Shown piece after piece: positions 52,085 to 64,000 of a DNA stretch of 64,000 nucleotides. Every line of letters starts with the position of its first letter. Positions within the stretch are counted from its first letter, which is position 1. The notes beneath the pieces are model-generated. The model did no database searches. It was given only the letters and a program-made list of their open reading frames with translations, and was not told the origin of the DNA. Position numbers and translations under genes: made by a program. Location: contig NC_091469.1 in NCBI RefSeq assembly GCF_036971445.1, positions 302,188,001 to 302,252,000 on the forward strand, read 5' to 3'. Source of the stretch: Narcine bancroftii. Lineage: Eukaryota.

Positions 52085-52735
52085 CAAGATTCAAGAATCC
52101 GGTATTGTCATGAAATAATACTGAAAATGTAATATTACACAAAATTCCCTTCTGCAGACAAAGAGTTGCCATTAATACCGCCCAGCGCTTCTACAAGTTT
52201 AAGGTTTAATGCAGTGAGAAGGGTTCTTCTGTGAGCAGGCTAACATTAATCCAACTGTGTAAAGAGCACAATTTATAAAGGGTAGGATTGAATAAAAAGA
52301 GTAATATCAATTATCACTGAGCAAGAGCAGCATTATAAAACTGCTGTGAGGTTCATTCAGGAGCCTGAAAGCTGTAGGGAATAAACTGCCTTTAAGCCTA
52401 TTGGTGTGAAATTTCTCCCTGATGGGAAGAGGGAGAAGAGAGAGTGATGGGCCCTTCAGTATGTTGGCTGCCTTTTTTAGGCAGTGTGGCATGCAGGTGG
52501 AATCCATGAAGGGGAAGTTTACATTATGTTCTGAGCTGCATTCATTAACTCCTGCAGCTTCTTCTGATGCTGAGCAGATCAGCTCAGTAGTGAGATGTAC
52601 ACAGTAAATATGCTTTCATTGTTGAGGGACAAGGGGGTTATACCAAACTTCCTTAGTCTTCTAACAAAATAAAGGCATTGGTATGATTTCTTGACTGTCA
52701 CATCAACGTTCAGGAGGTGATATCACAGATTTCTA
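52085..52735 (-). mobile_element. Rex1/Babar 3' remnants
   Basis: HCLKKAANILK..TNRLKGSLFPTAFRLLN; TTCAAGATTCAAG tail. Confidence 0.65.
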
Positions 52736-53550
52736 AAAGATTCTGAAGCGGATTGAGAAAGTTGATGAGAAATGGCTTGTTTCTTCGAAATGGAGAGTCT
52801 GTGAAATAAATCACTCCATTTATAACTGAATTAATAAGCTGTAAATCTTTAGAATTCTGTATCTCAGAAGGCTGAGGCTGCTCAGTTCTTGCACGCATTC
52901 AAGTCGGAGATCAGTATATTTTTGAGTAGGAAGACAGATGGCAACAAGAGGACAGGTGGAGGTGAAGCACAGGACCAGTCAAGACCTCACTGTTGTCCTC
53001 GAGGTGCACTTCTTCAAATTCTGCCTCTGTTTCTTGTTTCACCATCAAAATAGAATGTCAGTGGAACTGTGTGCCAAATACCTGACTGTAAGGTGATGGA
53101 AAAAGTGGCGGACAAATTCACTAAACTCTCCCCATTTAGGTTTAGACCTCGATTACACAGATATGCACAAGTTATGCCGCTTCACGCTTCACAGCTTCAA
53201 TCCATAACTTCTCCATCTCCAGGTCGTCACTGCACTACCCTTTCCTCCCACCCACAAACCACTGCTGTTTTAACACTAATTTATTCACACAAAGAAATTG
53301 ACCAGAACCTTCTAAAAACACCTTTGAAGTGTGTGACATTCACTATGGCAACAAGTATGCTGTGAATCTGATAACTTGCCCTCAGGGCTCTGGCGAGAAC
53401 TAACAGGGAATATCAGCACTGAACTTTACATGGATTAATTTGCTTCCCCGCATTTAACAGGCAGAGAAACATATTGTCAGTGCTTAACAATTCAGCTGGA
53501 ATTTGGAAGCACAAAAGTATATTAATGCAGCAACTACATTGTTATATAAC

Positions 53551-53750
53551 TGGGCAGCATGGTGGTTAGCACCATCTAGTTCAAACCCAGCCGTGTCTCT
53601 AAGGAGTTTGTCCATTTTCCCTGTCACATGCGCGGATTTTCTCCACCAGTTTCCATCCATCAACCAAAAATGTACAGTGCTGATTGTTAATTGGTCACAT
53701 GGGTGTATTTGGGCTACACGGGCTCATGTCACAATGCTATATCTCTAAAT
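53551..53750 (+). mobile_element. V-SINE, degenerate
   Basis: GGGCAGCATGGTGGTTAGC head, AAGGAGTTTG core. Confidence 0.65.
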
Positions 53751-56080
53751 GGACCGGATGGCATACCTGGTCTTGTGCTTAGAGCCTGCAGAGACAGATC
53801 AGTTGGCTGGGTCTTTATGGTTATTTTCAATCTGTCCCAACAAACTTTAAAACTGCTACAATCGTGCCTGTGCCGAAGCATTCTACTGCCATGAGTCTAC
53901 ATGACTACCGTCCAGTTGCACATACTCCTGTCATCGCAAAGTGTTTTGAGAGGTTGGTTCTATCTCACTTGAAATCTTGTTTGCCTGCCACTATGGATCA
54001 ACATCAATTTGCCTATTCTACTAACAGGTCAACAAAAGATGCCATTTCAACAGTGCTACACTCTACTTTGACTCATCCTGATCAACTTCATTCTTGTATT
54101 AGAATGCTATTCATGAATTACTGTTTGGATGTCAACACTGTTGTACCATCAAAGCTGATAACCAAACTTTATTTGTCCAATATCAGCCCATTCCTTTGTA
54201 ACTGGATTCTGGATTTCCTTACTTACAGACCTCAATCTGTTAAGCTGGGCAATATTTTTCTTCCTCCAGTCTCACCTTGAACACCAGAATGCAGGATTGC
54301 ATGCTGAGCCCCCTTCTGTATTCACTTTTTTCCCTCTGTGTTCCTATGTATAGTACAAACTTAATGATTAAGTTCTAACGTGCCATCACAGTGGTAGGCC
54401 TGATTACAGGGGATGAGGAAACGGCTGATAGGGTGTGGTGTGCTGAGAACAATCTGTTACTCAATACCCAAAAGACAAAGGATATCTGCAGATTTTAGAT
54501 AGCCAGGAAGCCACACTCATGTGGTGATGGAGTGTTTACAGAACTTTAAATTCCTGGGGATCCATATCCCTGCTGATCTCACTTGGTCCTTGAATTCATC
54601 AATTTTGATCAAAAAGGCACTACAATATCTTTATATACTGAGATATATGCGGATAATCCACCTCCACTCAAGAATACTGCTGGATTTCTATAGAAGCATA
54701 ATTGAGAGTGTGCAGACATACAGTATTTCGTTGTGGTACAGAGTGTAAGGCACTCTAGTGGGTAATGAAAACTGGCCAATGGATTGTTGGAATGCCATTC
54801 CCTATCATCAGATCTATCTATAGGGAACAATGCTTGGGCAGGGTGAGAAATATTATCAAAGACTCAACACACCCTAACCATGAACTATTTACTCTCCTAC
54901 CATTGGACAGAGACTAGAGGAGCCTTTGCTCGTGTACCACTAGGCTTAAAAAGAGCTTTTTTTTTATGAAGCCATGACAATGTTAAACACTAACTTACGG
55001 CACTGAGTGGTGCTGCACTTGAATTTTATAATCAGTAATTTTTAACAATTCATTTTAGAATAGTGTAGTTTTAATTGGATACACTTTGTTGTATGTTTTG
55101 ATTGTATGTTTTTTTTTAATCGTACCCCCCAGCTCCCCACCATGACTACCAGCACCCCCACATCTCCATCGGGCACACAAAACTCAAAATGGTCAACCAT
55201 TTTACCTATCTCGGCTGCACCATTTCATCAGATGCAAGGATCGACAACGAGATAGACAACAGACTCGCCAAGGCAAATAGTGCCTTTGGAAGACTACACA
55301 AAAGAGTCTGGAAAAACAACCAACTGAAAAATCTCACAAAGATAAGCGTATACAGAGCCGTTGTCATACCCACACTCCTGTTCGGCTCCGAATCATGGGT
55401 CCTCTACCGGCATCACCTACAGCTCCTAGAACGCTTCCACCAGCGTTGTCTCCGCTCCATCCTCAACATTCATTGGAGCGACTTCATCCCTAACATCGAA
55501 GTACTCGAGATGACAGAGGTCGACAGCATCGAATCCACGCTGTTGAAGATCCAACTGTGCTGGGTAGGTCACATCTCCAGAATGGAGGACCATCGCCTTC
55601 CCAAGATCGTGTTATATGGCAAGCTCTCCACTGGCCATCGTGTCAGAGGTGCACCAAAGAAGAGGTACAAGGACTGCCTAAAGAAATCTCTTGGTGCCTG
55701 CCACATTGACCACCGCCAGTGGGCTGATATCGCCTCAAACCGTGCATCTTGGCGCCTCACAGTTCGGCGGGCAGCAACCTCCTTTGAAGAAGACCGCAGA
55801 GCCCACCTCACTGACAAAAGACAAAGGAGGAAAAACCCAACACCCAACCCCAACCAACAAATTTTCCCCTGCAACCGCTGCAACCGTGTCTGCCTGTCCC
55901 GCATCGGACTTGTCAGCCACAAACGAGCCTGCAGCTGACGTGGACATTTACCCCTCCATAAATCTTCGTCCACGAACCCAAGCCAAAGAATGTATGTAAT
56001 TATATTTTAAATTCCAGTCGAAGCTGATTGTGGTTCAGTGGCTGATCTACCAATACAATGACAATAAAGTGGATCATCAT
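53750..56080 (+). mobile_element. Rex1/Babar LINE (RT to 3' end), with an RTE inserted in its 3' UTR
   Basis: GPDGIPGLVLRAC, VPK..HDYRPVA.TPVIAKCFERLV, QFAY..NRSTKDAI, CNWILDFLT.RPQSV, FKFLGIHI. Confidence 0.88.
55126..55990 (+). mobile_element. RTE-clade LINE, second 5'-truncated copy
   Basis: Open 249-aa ORF 55189-55938 nearly identical to the C-terminal part of 25073-26152; same 3' end. Confidence 0.95.
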
Positions 56081-56974
56081 CTTTAAATGTAAGAACTTTT
56101 TTTATATTTGAATTCAGTTAAAAATCTAAACACTAACCCTGATTTGACCTGTTCTGAATAAATTAATGGTATGCACAAAAAAAAGAGATAAAGATTAGGC
56201 AAGTGGTGTCCTTTGGAGTCATTTCTTCTTCACCAGGGTTATTTCAATTGAGTTGTGGCTGAAAGTCCTTGGGTGCATGTAGCAGCTGATTCCATTTAGC
56301 GCAGTACAAGAGAGGTGAGAGCTCCTTTTACAATCGATCCTTTCGTGATATTGTTGGTGGACAAAAGGTGACGCAGATTTACTGATGGCATTGCAAGTCA
56401 CCAAACACATGCATAATTTACCAAGAGCATGAATAATAGATGAAACTGATGTTTGGATTCATTTCCTCTATTAAAGGGATCCAAACCTCCCAGGGAGAGG
56501 ATTACACTCGGATTAGAATTAGATACTAATAAAATGCGATTTAAAATGAAATTCCTAAGGCTGGATCAGAATTGTATTTGGATTTACTAATTGTTTATCT
56601 GAGTTATCCATGCTAAAAATACTCAATCATTTCCACTGAATTGAATATGCATCCACACTTATTGCTAGAAAACTGATGCAAAATAAAATTATTCTTGCCA
56701 GTAATGAGGTGATGCACTCTTTACCAGTGGAGAGTTTCACAATAATTATGAAGTATTACATTGAAATCTTGGCAGTGAATGATAATTTCAATGAACTGGT
56801 TTATATTTATTATACTCAATGGCAATGTATGAAGACACACAAAACAAAATTCTTCAACTCTCAAGACTGCAGCACATGTAATGGTTTTGGTGCTGTATTG
56901 AATTATTGTAAAATATAATGCATGCAAAATTGAGTACCCAACATGTATTAGAACATTATACGGGCTGCTTTTCA

Positions 56975-58285
56975 ATGGTTACAGCTCAGCTTTCAACATT
57001 AACATCTCCCTAGTACCAGGCAGCAAGTTAGAAAACCTGAGCCTCTGCTCCTCCCTCTGCATCGCGACCCTTGACTTCCTCAATGGAAGACTACAGTCAA
57101 TGTGGATCGGTAACAACATCTCCTCCTCACTGTCAACTTAAGGATGCTTGCTTCCCCACTGCACTATTCTCTCTACATGCATGATTCTGTGGCTGGTCAC
57201 AATTCAAATGCCACCTATAAATTTGGCAATGGCACAATTGTCAGCAGAAACACAGACACCAATGAGGAAGGGTATAGGAGATTGATTGATCAGCTAATTG
57301 AGTGGTGTCACAGCAACCTGGCACTCAGCATAAGCAAAACTAAAGAACTGATTATTGACTTCAAGAAGGGAAAATCAAGAGAACACAAACCCGACTTCAT
57401 TGAGGAGTCATCAGTGGAGAGGGTAAAGAATTTCCAATTCCTAGGTCTCATCATCTCTGAAAATCTATCCTGGGACCTTTATGTCAAAGCAATCATGAAG
57501 AAGGCTCACCTGCCCTATATTTCGTTAGGAGTTTGAGGAGGTTGGTACGTCACCAAAGACTCTTGCAAATTTCTACAGGTGTATCATGGAGAGCATTCTG
57601 ATTGGTTGCAACACTGTGTGGTGCCAATTCATAGGGCAGGAAAGGGCTACAAAGGGTTGTAATAGAGTTGTCACTTCATCAAGGGCATCAGCAAGAGTGG
57701 TGTCTTAAGAAAACAGGTTCTATAATCAACAACCCTCACCTCACAGGCCATGTTCTCTTCTACTTATCTGTGTGTATGTACACATGCACATACATGCATA
57801 GTGTGCTTATGGATATGTAATTTATAGCAATTATTGCATCTATAATGCAAAATAGTCCTATAGAATAGTGGTTCTCAAGCTTTTTCTTTCCACTCATATA
57901 CCACTTTAAGTAATCCCTATGCCATAGGTGCTCTGTGATAAGTGAGGGATTGCTTAAGGTGGTTTGTGGGTGGAAAGAAAAAGTTTGAAAACCACTGTTT
58001 TAATCGTACCTAATTGACTCGTTATGTGCATAGTTTCATAACTCCAAAGGAAATGGGCCAATGACAATTTTTCTTAAGCAAAATATTTTAGTAACAATTG
58101 GGGTCTAAAGCAGTGAGTCTCAACCTTCCCTTCCCACTCACATATCGCCTTAAGCAATCCCTTACTAATCACAGAGCACCTATGGCATAGGGAATACTTA
58201 AAGTAATATGTGAGTGGAAAGGAAAAGGTTGAGAACCACTGCAATAGCAAAACAACAAATTTCACGACACATGTTCATGACAATA
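56975..58285 (+). mobile_element. Rex1/Babar LINE fragment
   Basis: LSISKTKELIIDFKKG, FQFLGLIISENLSW; AATAAA and (ATTCTG)n tail; compound MITE inserted in the 3' UTR. Confidence 0.8.
57866..58241. mobile_element. Compound hAT MITE, copy 2
   Basis: Modules 57866-57997 and 58111-58241 are each self-palindromic and inverted relative to each other; degenerate TSD CTATAGAA/CAATAGCA. Confidence 0.85.
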
Positions 58286-59479
58286 AACGTGATTCTGATT
58301 CTGATATTTCTGTGTGAAACTCCATCTGAAATCTATTAACTTTTGGAGCAGGTTCTTAACAAGAGCTAATACATTGATCAACACTGTCTCATGAAAAATC
58401 AAAAGTTCTGAGAGAACATCAGTACTTTTTCTCTGTCCATAGATGCCGTCTGATGATTTCATATTACTGCTTTAATTTTAGATTTTTAGCTCCTGCGTAC
58501 TTTGTTAGTCTGATAATAATCTCCCCTTAGAATCTAGACATTCAGAAACTACACAGGAAGATTTGCATTTTGCACAGAATTCATCTCAGCTAGCTGCACC
58601 TATCGAAAAGAGCATCACAGTTACAAGGGCACCCAGCAGCCCTACCAACACATGATGATGTGATTCTGAGCACGAATACAATGTCCATCCTGTTTGCATT
58701 TCTGACAATGAGATCACTGGTTTTCATTCAGAACACACCCCAAAAGCTTTCACCTTTAACATATCATCCCAATATTAGTTGGTTCATTTCAGTGCAACAT
58801 TTTTTCTTGTACCATTTATTTGATTCCATCTTGTTTTTACATTGGAATAAGTAATTGATTGGATTTGCTCAGTATGAAAGAGAAAAGCATCCTTTCTATT
58901 CTATTTCCTTTTCCTCTTGCACTTCAGTGGCATCAGCAAGTCGGGAGAATCAAAATCCAATGACTTTAAGTTTTTTGTCAACTTTCTGTTTGGTTTGGAT
59001 TTTAAATGTTCATGGGACACTTCACTAGTTAATCTCTCTAGCTTGTAAAAGATCCATTATTCCAAAGCTACATTCCATGTGACAACAAGCCTTGCAATTC
59101 AGGCCCAATGGCGAACTAGTCTTCACTCTTTTCCAGCAGTTTCAGCCAAAGATAGACTCTTTCATTTGCTGTCCATCTATCTTATTAGTCTAGTTAAATT
59201 TCTATTGCCTTCATCAGCAAAGAGTTTGCTGGAGGTGCTGAGAAATGTAGTGTGAACAATGCTCTTCCAACATTGGCTGTATGGACAAGATATCTGAGAT
59301 GACAAATGGTTGGATCTGATTGCCATTGAACACAGGAGAAATTTATCTTTGGGTTAGACCTGCTCAATGCATGTATAATTAGGTTTCACTTAATGCTGCA
59401 CATTAAGATCCATTGAAGTTGACAAAGCCAAAATTACCTGAGTGGAGATTGCACTTCTAAGCATATTTAGCAGTGAGGT

Positions 59480-61435
59480 CAAAGACAACATTCTCTCCAA
59501 ATGGCATGAGCTAACCAAATAAATGGTCTGAAATGCACAAAATATTTTAACTCTGTTTGGATGCCCTTCTTTTCCCTGCATAAAGAATGAAGTAGGGGTG
59601 GGGGGAATGGAAATACTCACCCTCCCCTTGGGATTGATTGCTCTCCACAGAAGCGGGATGGTACTCCCGCTGTGGGTTGGCATGCAGGTAAGGGGGGTAT
59701 TGCATTTGGGGCTGCTTCGGGTGGACTGTGGAGGTGGAAGTTTGCTGGGAGGGTGATGTTGGAAGAAAGGGGGAGGGCAAGTGAATGGCAAATTCCAGTG
59801 GGCAGGACTGAAGTGCAATGTAGCAGTTCATAAGGTGCACCATCTCCCGCATCATGGAGGTCTGCTCGTGAACAGCATCCTGAGGGTGGTCAGGCTCCCC
59901 GCTGTGCCTCACCACACCCTGCTGATCACCCTGTACTATTCCAATTTTCTCTCGTGCTGCATGCGGTCATGCTCCTTCTCCTCCTGCTCCATCTCCATCT
60001 CCCTCACAAAGCTCTGGATCGCCACAGTCAGGCCCTATTCCCGATTGGGTCTCCTCCTCTTCCCCCTCCTCTCCGTGCTTGCAGGGCATTGAAACAGAAG
60101 TTGTAGAGCACATGTGTCAGAATCAAATTACAACTGGACAAACACTACCAAATATAAAACGTGAAGGACACTTGCATTGAATGCTGCTTCTGCATGCACT
60201 GTTCAAGCCTTTCGTCCACATGTACCCCCTCCATCATCGGCGTGCTTGGTCCACAAGGGGTGTCCATGGGCATGTCTATCCATGATGGCACATGCTCCAG
60301 GCTCCTCACACAGTCATGTGTCTGGCTATTTGGGTCCTTCTCTAGGGTGTCTTCTATCTCACCTCTACCAACCTGAGCACTTGGCTCAGTAGGGGCCAGG
60401 GTCATACCTCAATGGGACATTCTAACGGGGTGCCTGCCTTGCTGGCACATGGCTTTCAACATTTGGTGGGCTATCCAAGTTGGCCATCAGGGAAAGAGGG
60501 GCTGCAGATGAGCTAACATCCTCAGATCAGAAATGCCTGCTGACTATAGGGCCAGTCCAAGTGCTCTTTGCCATTGTGAGTATTGTGCTCGGTGACCTGC
60601 AGAAATCTCTTGTGCAGATTTTTCAGTTTGTTTATTACCTGCGTTTTTGTCTTCTTGTAAACTACCTCCCTCAGCCTCAGCACAATGAGGTCATACATAG
60701 ACCTTTTTACACCGTACGAGATCACTGTTGACTTGCATTGGGATCTCCCCTTATGGAGACCAGCTCTTGGACCTCAGCTTCCAACCATACATCAACCATT
60801 ATTCATATTTGCAGAATTGCCAATTGAAGGTGTCCTCTTTAAATATCACAACAGATACTGCCTGGAATCTAGTTGAATTTCCCTTTTCCTGGAGAAATCT
60901 ACACAGGGGTCCAAATGGGTGAGGTGTGCAAGATGATCTGCAGTCACATCTCTGGTGACACAATCTGCAGTTTTAAAGGCTGGAATCACGTCCTTCTCTC
61001 TAAATAAGCACAGAGTGTGATCACACAACACACACTTTAGTAGGCACAATCACTAAAGATAAAATGAACTAAAAATTCACCTCCTAAAAATACGCTAGAA
61101 ACACATTCCTACCACGTTTTAAACCCTCGATTAACTAATTGCACTGCAGACTCCCCCTCTGCATTTGAACTTCACACCAAGCTGCTGCCACGGTAACACA
61201 CTCATTCAAGTGCTGACATCACCGGAGTAACCAGGTCAGCCATTTTCTTTTGCAAATCGGCCAGGGAGGAGACCTGGGTAAATTTTACTGGGTTCCCTGA
61301 CCACCTCTGAGGTAGTCAGAGGCCCGATTGGGCTCTAACCAGGTTGGCCCAGTTGGACCCTTTTGAATTGCCACGTAACTGGGGCATTAACCCCATGCCT
61401 GGTTAACCCCATTTTACATGGAAGTCTGAAAGGGC
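59480..61435 (-). mobile_element. PIF/Harbinger remnant encoding a decayed Myb/SANT (trihelix) protein; left boundary uncertain
   Basis: Minus strand WLEAEVQELVSIRGD..YDLIVLRLRE..KTKTQVINKLKNL..HN..G..WPY (about 60480-60790); downstream charged coiled coil (REMEMEQEEKEHDRMQHERKLE); right end ..TCTGAAAGGGC followed by TTA. Confidence 0.7.
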
Positions 61436-61649
61436 TTACTGTGATCACAGTTTGTCTGAACTGAGTCTATGTTGCTTTGTCAGCTTTACAATTACTGATT
61501 GCATGCAAATCTGTTGTCATGTTTTATTATTAAAAAGCGAAAGCTTCCCACTTCACAAAGCTTTCTACAGTATCCAATGTCTGTAAGTTGTGTCTGAAAT
61601 TTTATAGCATGTTTTCACTGCAAAGAAAATCATAGCCCAGATTAAAATT

Positions 61650-61985
61650 TCCTGAGCAAGGGAGACCTTTCAGCCATTGAGTCTATACCAGATCTAAAAC
61701 TGATTTGATCAATCCCATTCATTCACCTATTTCCTCATTTACTCATTGACATTCCAACTCACCAACCCATTGATTTTTCTGCTACCCACTTAAACAAAGG
61801 GAAATTTGTGATAGTCAATGAACCCAATGATCTTTTGGAGTGGGGAGTACACGAGCACCTATGGGAAAGCCATGCAGTTCAAGCAAGAATATGCAACTCC
61901 ACACAAACAGTAATGAGGGACAGAATCAAACCCAGTCCCTTGGAGCTATGAGACAGCTGCACGATCTACAGCACAATAATGCCAT
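61650..61985 (-). mobile_element. Old V-SINE-like remnant
   Basis: AGAATATGCAACTCCACACA core and tRNA-like head on the minus strand. Confidence 0.5.
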
Positions 61986-62299
61986 CAGTGATCACATTGG
62001 CAAAGCTCAGACCAAGTATTAACAGCTTGGCCTCGAGACCAATTTACAGGTGTCAAGATGACCCCTTAGCATATTGCTCTAATTTTGACATATACTTGAT
62101 CTGGGGTCGGCGGGTTGGGGGGGGGGGGGGGTGGGAGACGGGGGACGGTCTACTGCAAATTTTGAAATTTGTTTCTCCCTCTTAAATAATGATGATAATT
62201 CATCCTGTTGTACTTAGTTGTAAAAAACAGAACTGGAAATATTGAATAGGTCAGATGATATCCAAGAGTAAGACACAAAAGACTGCATTTATCACGCTT

Positions 62300-62690
62300 G
62301 AAGGAAAAACACTAATGCTGGAGAAACTGTCTAACTGGATGGCATTAATGTTGACTTCTCCAGTTTTTGCTCGCCTACTCCCCATTCTCCCTCTCTTTTT
62401 CCTCCAGCTCTCCATCCCCCTTCCCTCTCTATTCACAGAGCCATTCTCCTCTCTCCTTGTCTGCTGGTGTACCCTCCCTCCCTCCCTTATCCACCTATCA
62501 CCTCCTGTCTGTGGGACTGTGCTCCTCTCCCTGCCCTTCCCCCCTCTCCCCCCACCTGGGCACCTGCCTAAATTTTGTTCATATCTTGATGAAGGACTCA
62601 AGCCTAAAAATGTTGGTTCTGCACCGTTCTCTTTGCTATATAAAGTACACCGTTAGACCTGTCGGGTTTCTCCAGCAGTGTGCTTTTGCT
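62300..62690 (+). mobile_element. Penelope-like element end
   Basis: Pyrimidine-rich tract, then TTGATGAAGGACTCAAGCCTAAAAATGTT..GGGTTTCTCCAGCA. Confidence 0.6.
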
Positions 62691-63729
62691 GATGAGATCA
62701 ATGTTCTTTCTGTCCTAATCAGTTGTAATGCATAAGCAGTGGATAACAGTTTCCCATTCACATAGTGACACAAAACTGTAGCCAAGCACTGATCCTTTAA
62801 GCCCAGCTCCAAACAGACATTTCAGAAGGAGGTTTCAATAGTCGATTTTAGTTTCCCATTTCATTAATGTTTGTAGCTATTCTCAGTGATTGTGCCTCTC
62901 AGCTTGTTATAAATGTTGGTTGAATCCACAAAATCCTGTTTGACCTGTATTTGATCCCTGTTATCTTGTGCAAACTGTCCTACTCATCAGGGAGATGAAA
63001 GAGACAAGGGTATAGATGCTGAATAGTTAGAGAGTACTGGCACCTTTCTTCTTTTCACGCACTCACACCTGCTACTCTCAGAGCTCCATGCCGCGATCCT
63101 CAGGCTCTGTACTTCCTTGCCACTTTTCCTCTGGCATCGGCTGATTTTAAAGGTTTGCAAGATTGTGAAGTTGGCAGCAGAGTGCAATAAATAATTTAGA
63201 CTGGCTTAAACTAGTACCATGTCTTGGATTGATGCAGCAAATGGAATCTTGCCTTCATGAGATTAATGGCCTTTTATACATTGCAATAATTGTTTCTACA
63301 GTTGGGGAACAAACAGGTGGAAGTCACATGGATGTTTAGCTCGTGTGTTACACAATTCATTTCCCTAGATACTAAAAATTTTCCAGCAGTTCAGATTTCC
63401 CATTGATGAAGTAACTGCATATTTTCCCTGGAAACCTGACATTGACCATCATGTGTTTTTTTTTTCTCACGATTCTTAACATTTGCTTTTCTTGATAAAG
63501 GGTAGAGACCCAAAATGTTAATTGACCATTTATATCCTGGGATGCCTCTAACCCAGTAAGTCCTTCCAGCTTCTTGTTGTATGCTCAAGATTCTGACATT
63601 TACATTTCATGTGTTTCTCTGGAGGCTTTTTCTATCCATCAAATGTTCCTGGCCTTTCTTTAAGGACTTTCTTTATGGGCTAGGGAATAGTCAGTGGGCT
63701 GCCTGCACTCATGGTTGAAGGTCAAGAGT

Positions 63730-64000
63730 AAATCACAAAATTCTACAGACACCATGGCTGAAGTAAAATCACAAAATGCTGGAGAAGCTCAGCAGGTCAA
63801 ACAGGGTCCTTTATGTAGCAAAGGTAAAGATACAGAACTGACATTTTGGGGTAGAGCCCTTCATCAAGGTATAGAAAATGCTGGCAATCATCCGAACAAA
63901 AGAGTCGGGGGGGGGGGAGTGCAGGGAAACATGGTGGCAAAGGCAGGAGATGATAGGTGGAGAAAGGGGGAAGGGGACAGCAGCAATGAAGGGGAAGGGG
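63730..64000 (-). mobile_element. Penelope-like element end, running off the window
   Basis: Reverse-complement relative of 62300-62690; minus strand TTGATGAAGGGCTCTACCCCAAAATGT. Confidence 0.65.

Larger units (their letters stand above)
35057..63152 (+). pseudogene. Candidate decayed multi-exon host gene(s), product unidentified
   Basis: AG/GT-bounded non-repeat segments at 35057-35160, 37798-37859 and 42034-42212 (open, phase-compatible), plus 43101-44183, 47160-47378, 48036-48093, 56237-56314, 58578-59352 and 62991-63152 (protein-like frames with stops). No homology search was possible. Confidence 0.35.

Overview
Repeat-dense eukaryotic DNA. The repeat inventory (V-SINE/HE1-like SINEs, CR1, Rex1/Babar, RTE, fish-type L1, Penelope-like termini) points to a cartilaginous fish, probably a ray; this is inference, not a taxonomic search. 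I can support no intact host protein-coding gene and no RNA gene. The main structure is a three-layer nest. A minus-strand CR1 LINE (about 1178-13479) is split by a full-length plus-strand L1 (2566-13050, with TSD), which is itself split by a complete minus-strand Mag-like Gypsy LTR retrotransposon (5266-10081). The best candidate for unusual biology is that Gypsy element. It has no tRNA primer-binding site; instead the 14 nt next to its 5' LTR are perfectly complementary to an LTR segment covering the poly(A) signal (candidate self-priming), and its RT motif reads YLDN. A related solo LTR at 46119-46340 carries a variant of that motif, which gives a covariation test. Also present: a compound hAT MITE built from two palindromic mini-MITEs (two copies), two young RTE copies, Tc1/pogo/Harbinger remnants, decayed Penelope hammerhead cores, one 162-nt N gap, and splice-bounded, stop-ridden reading frames suggesting one or two unidentified decayed host genes. 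Boundaries of old repeats are approximate.
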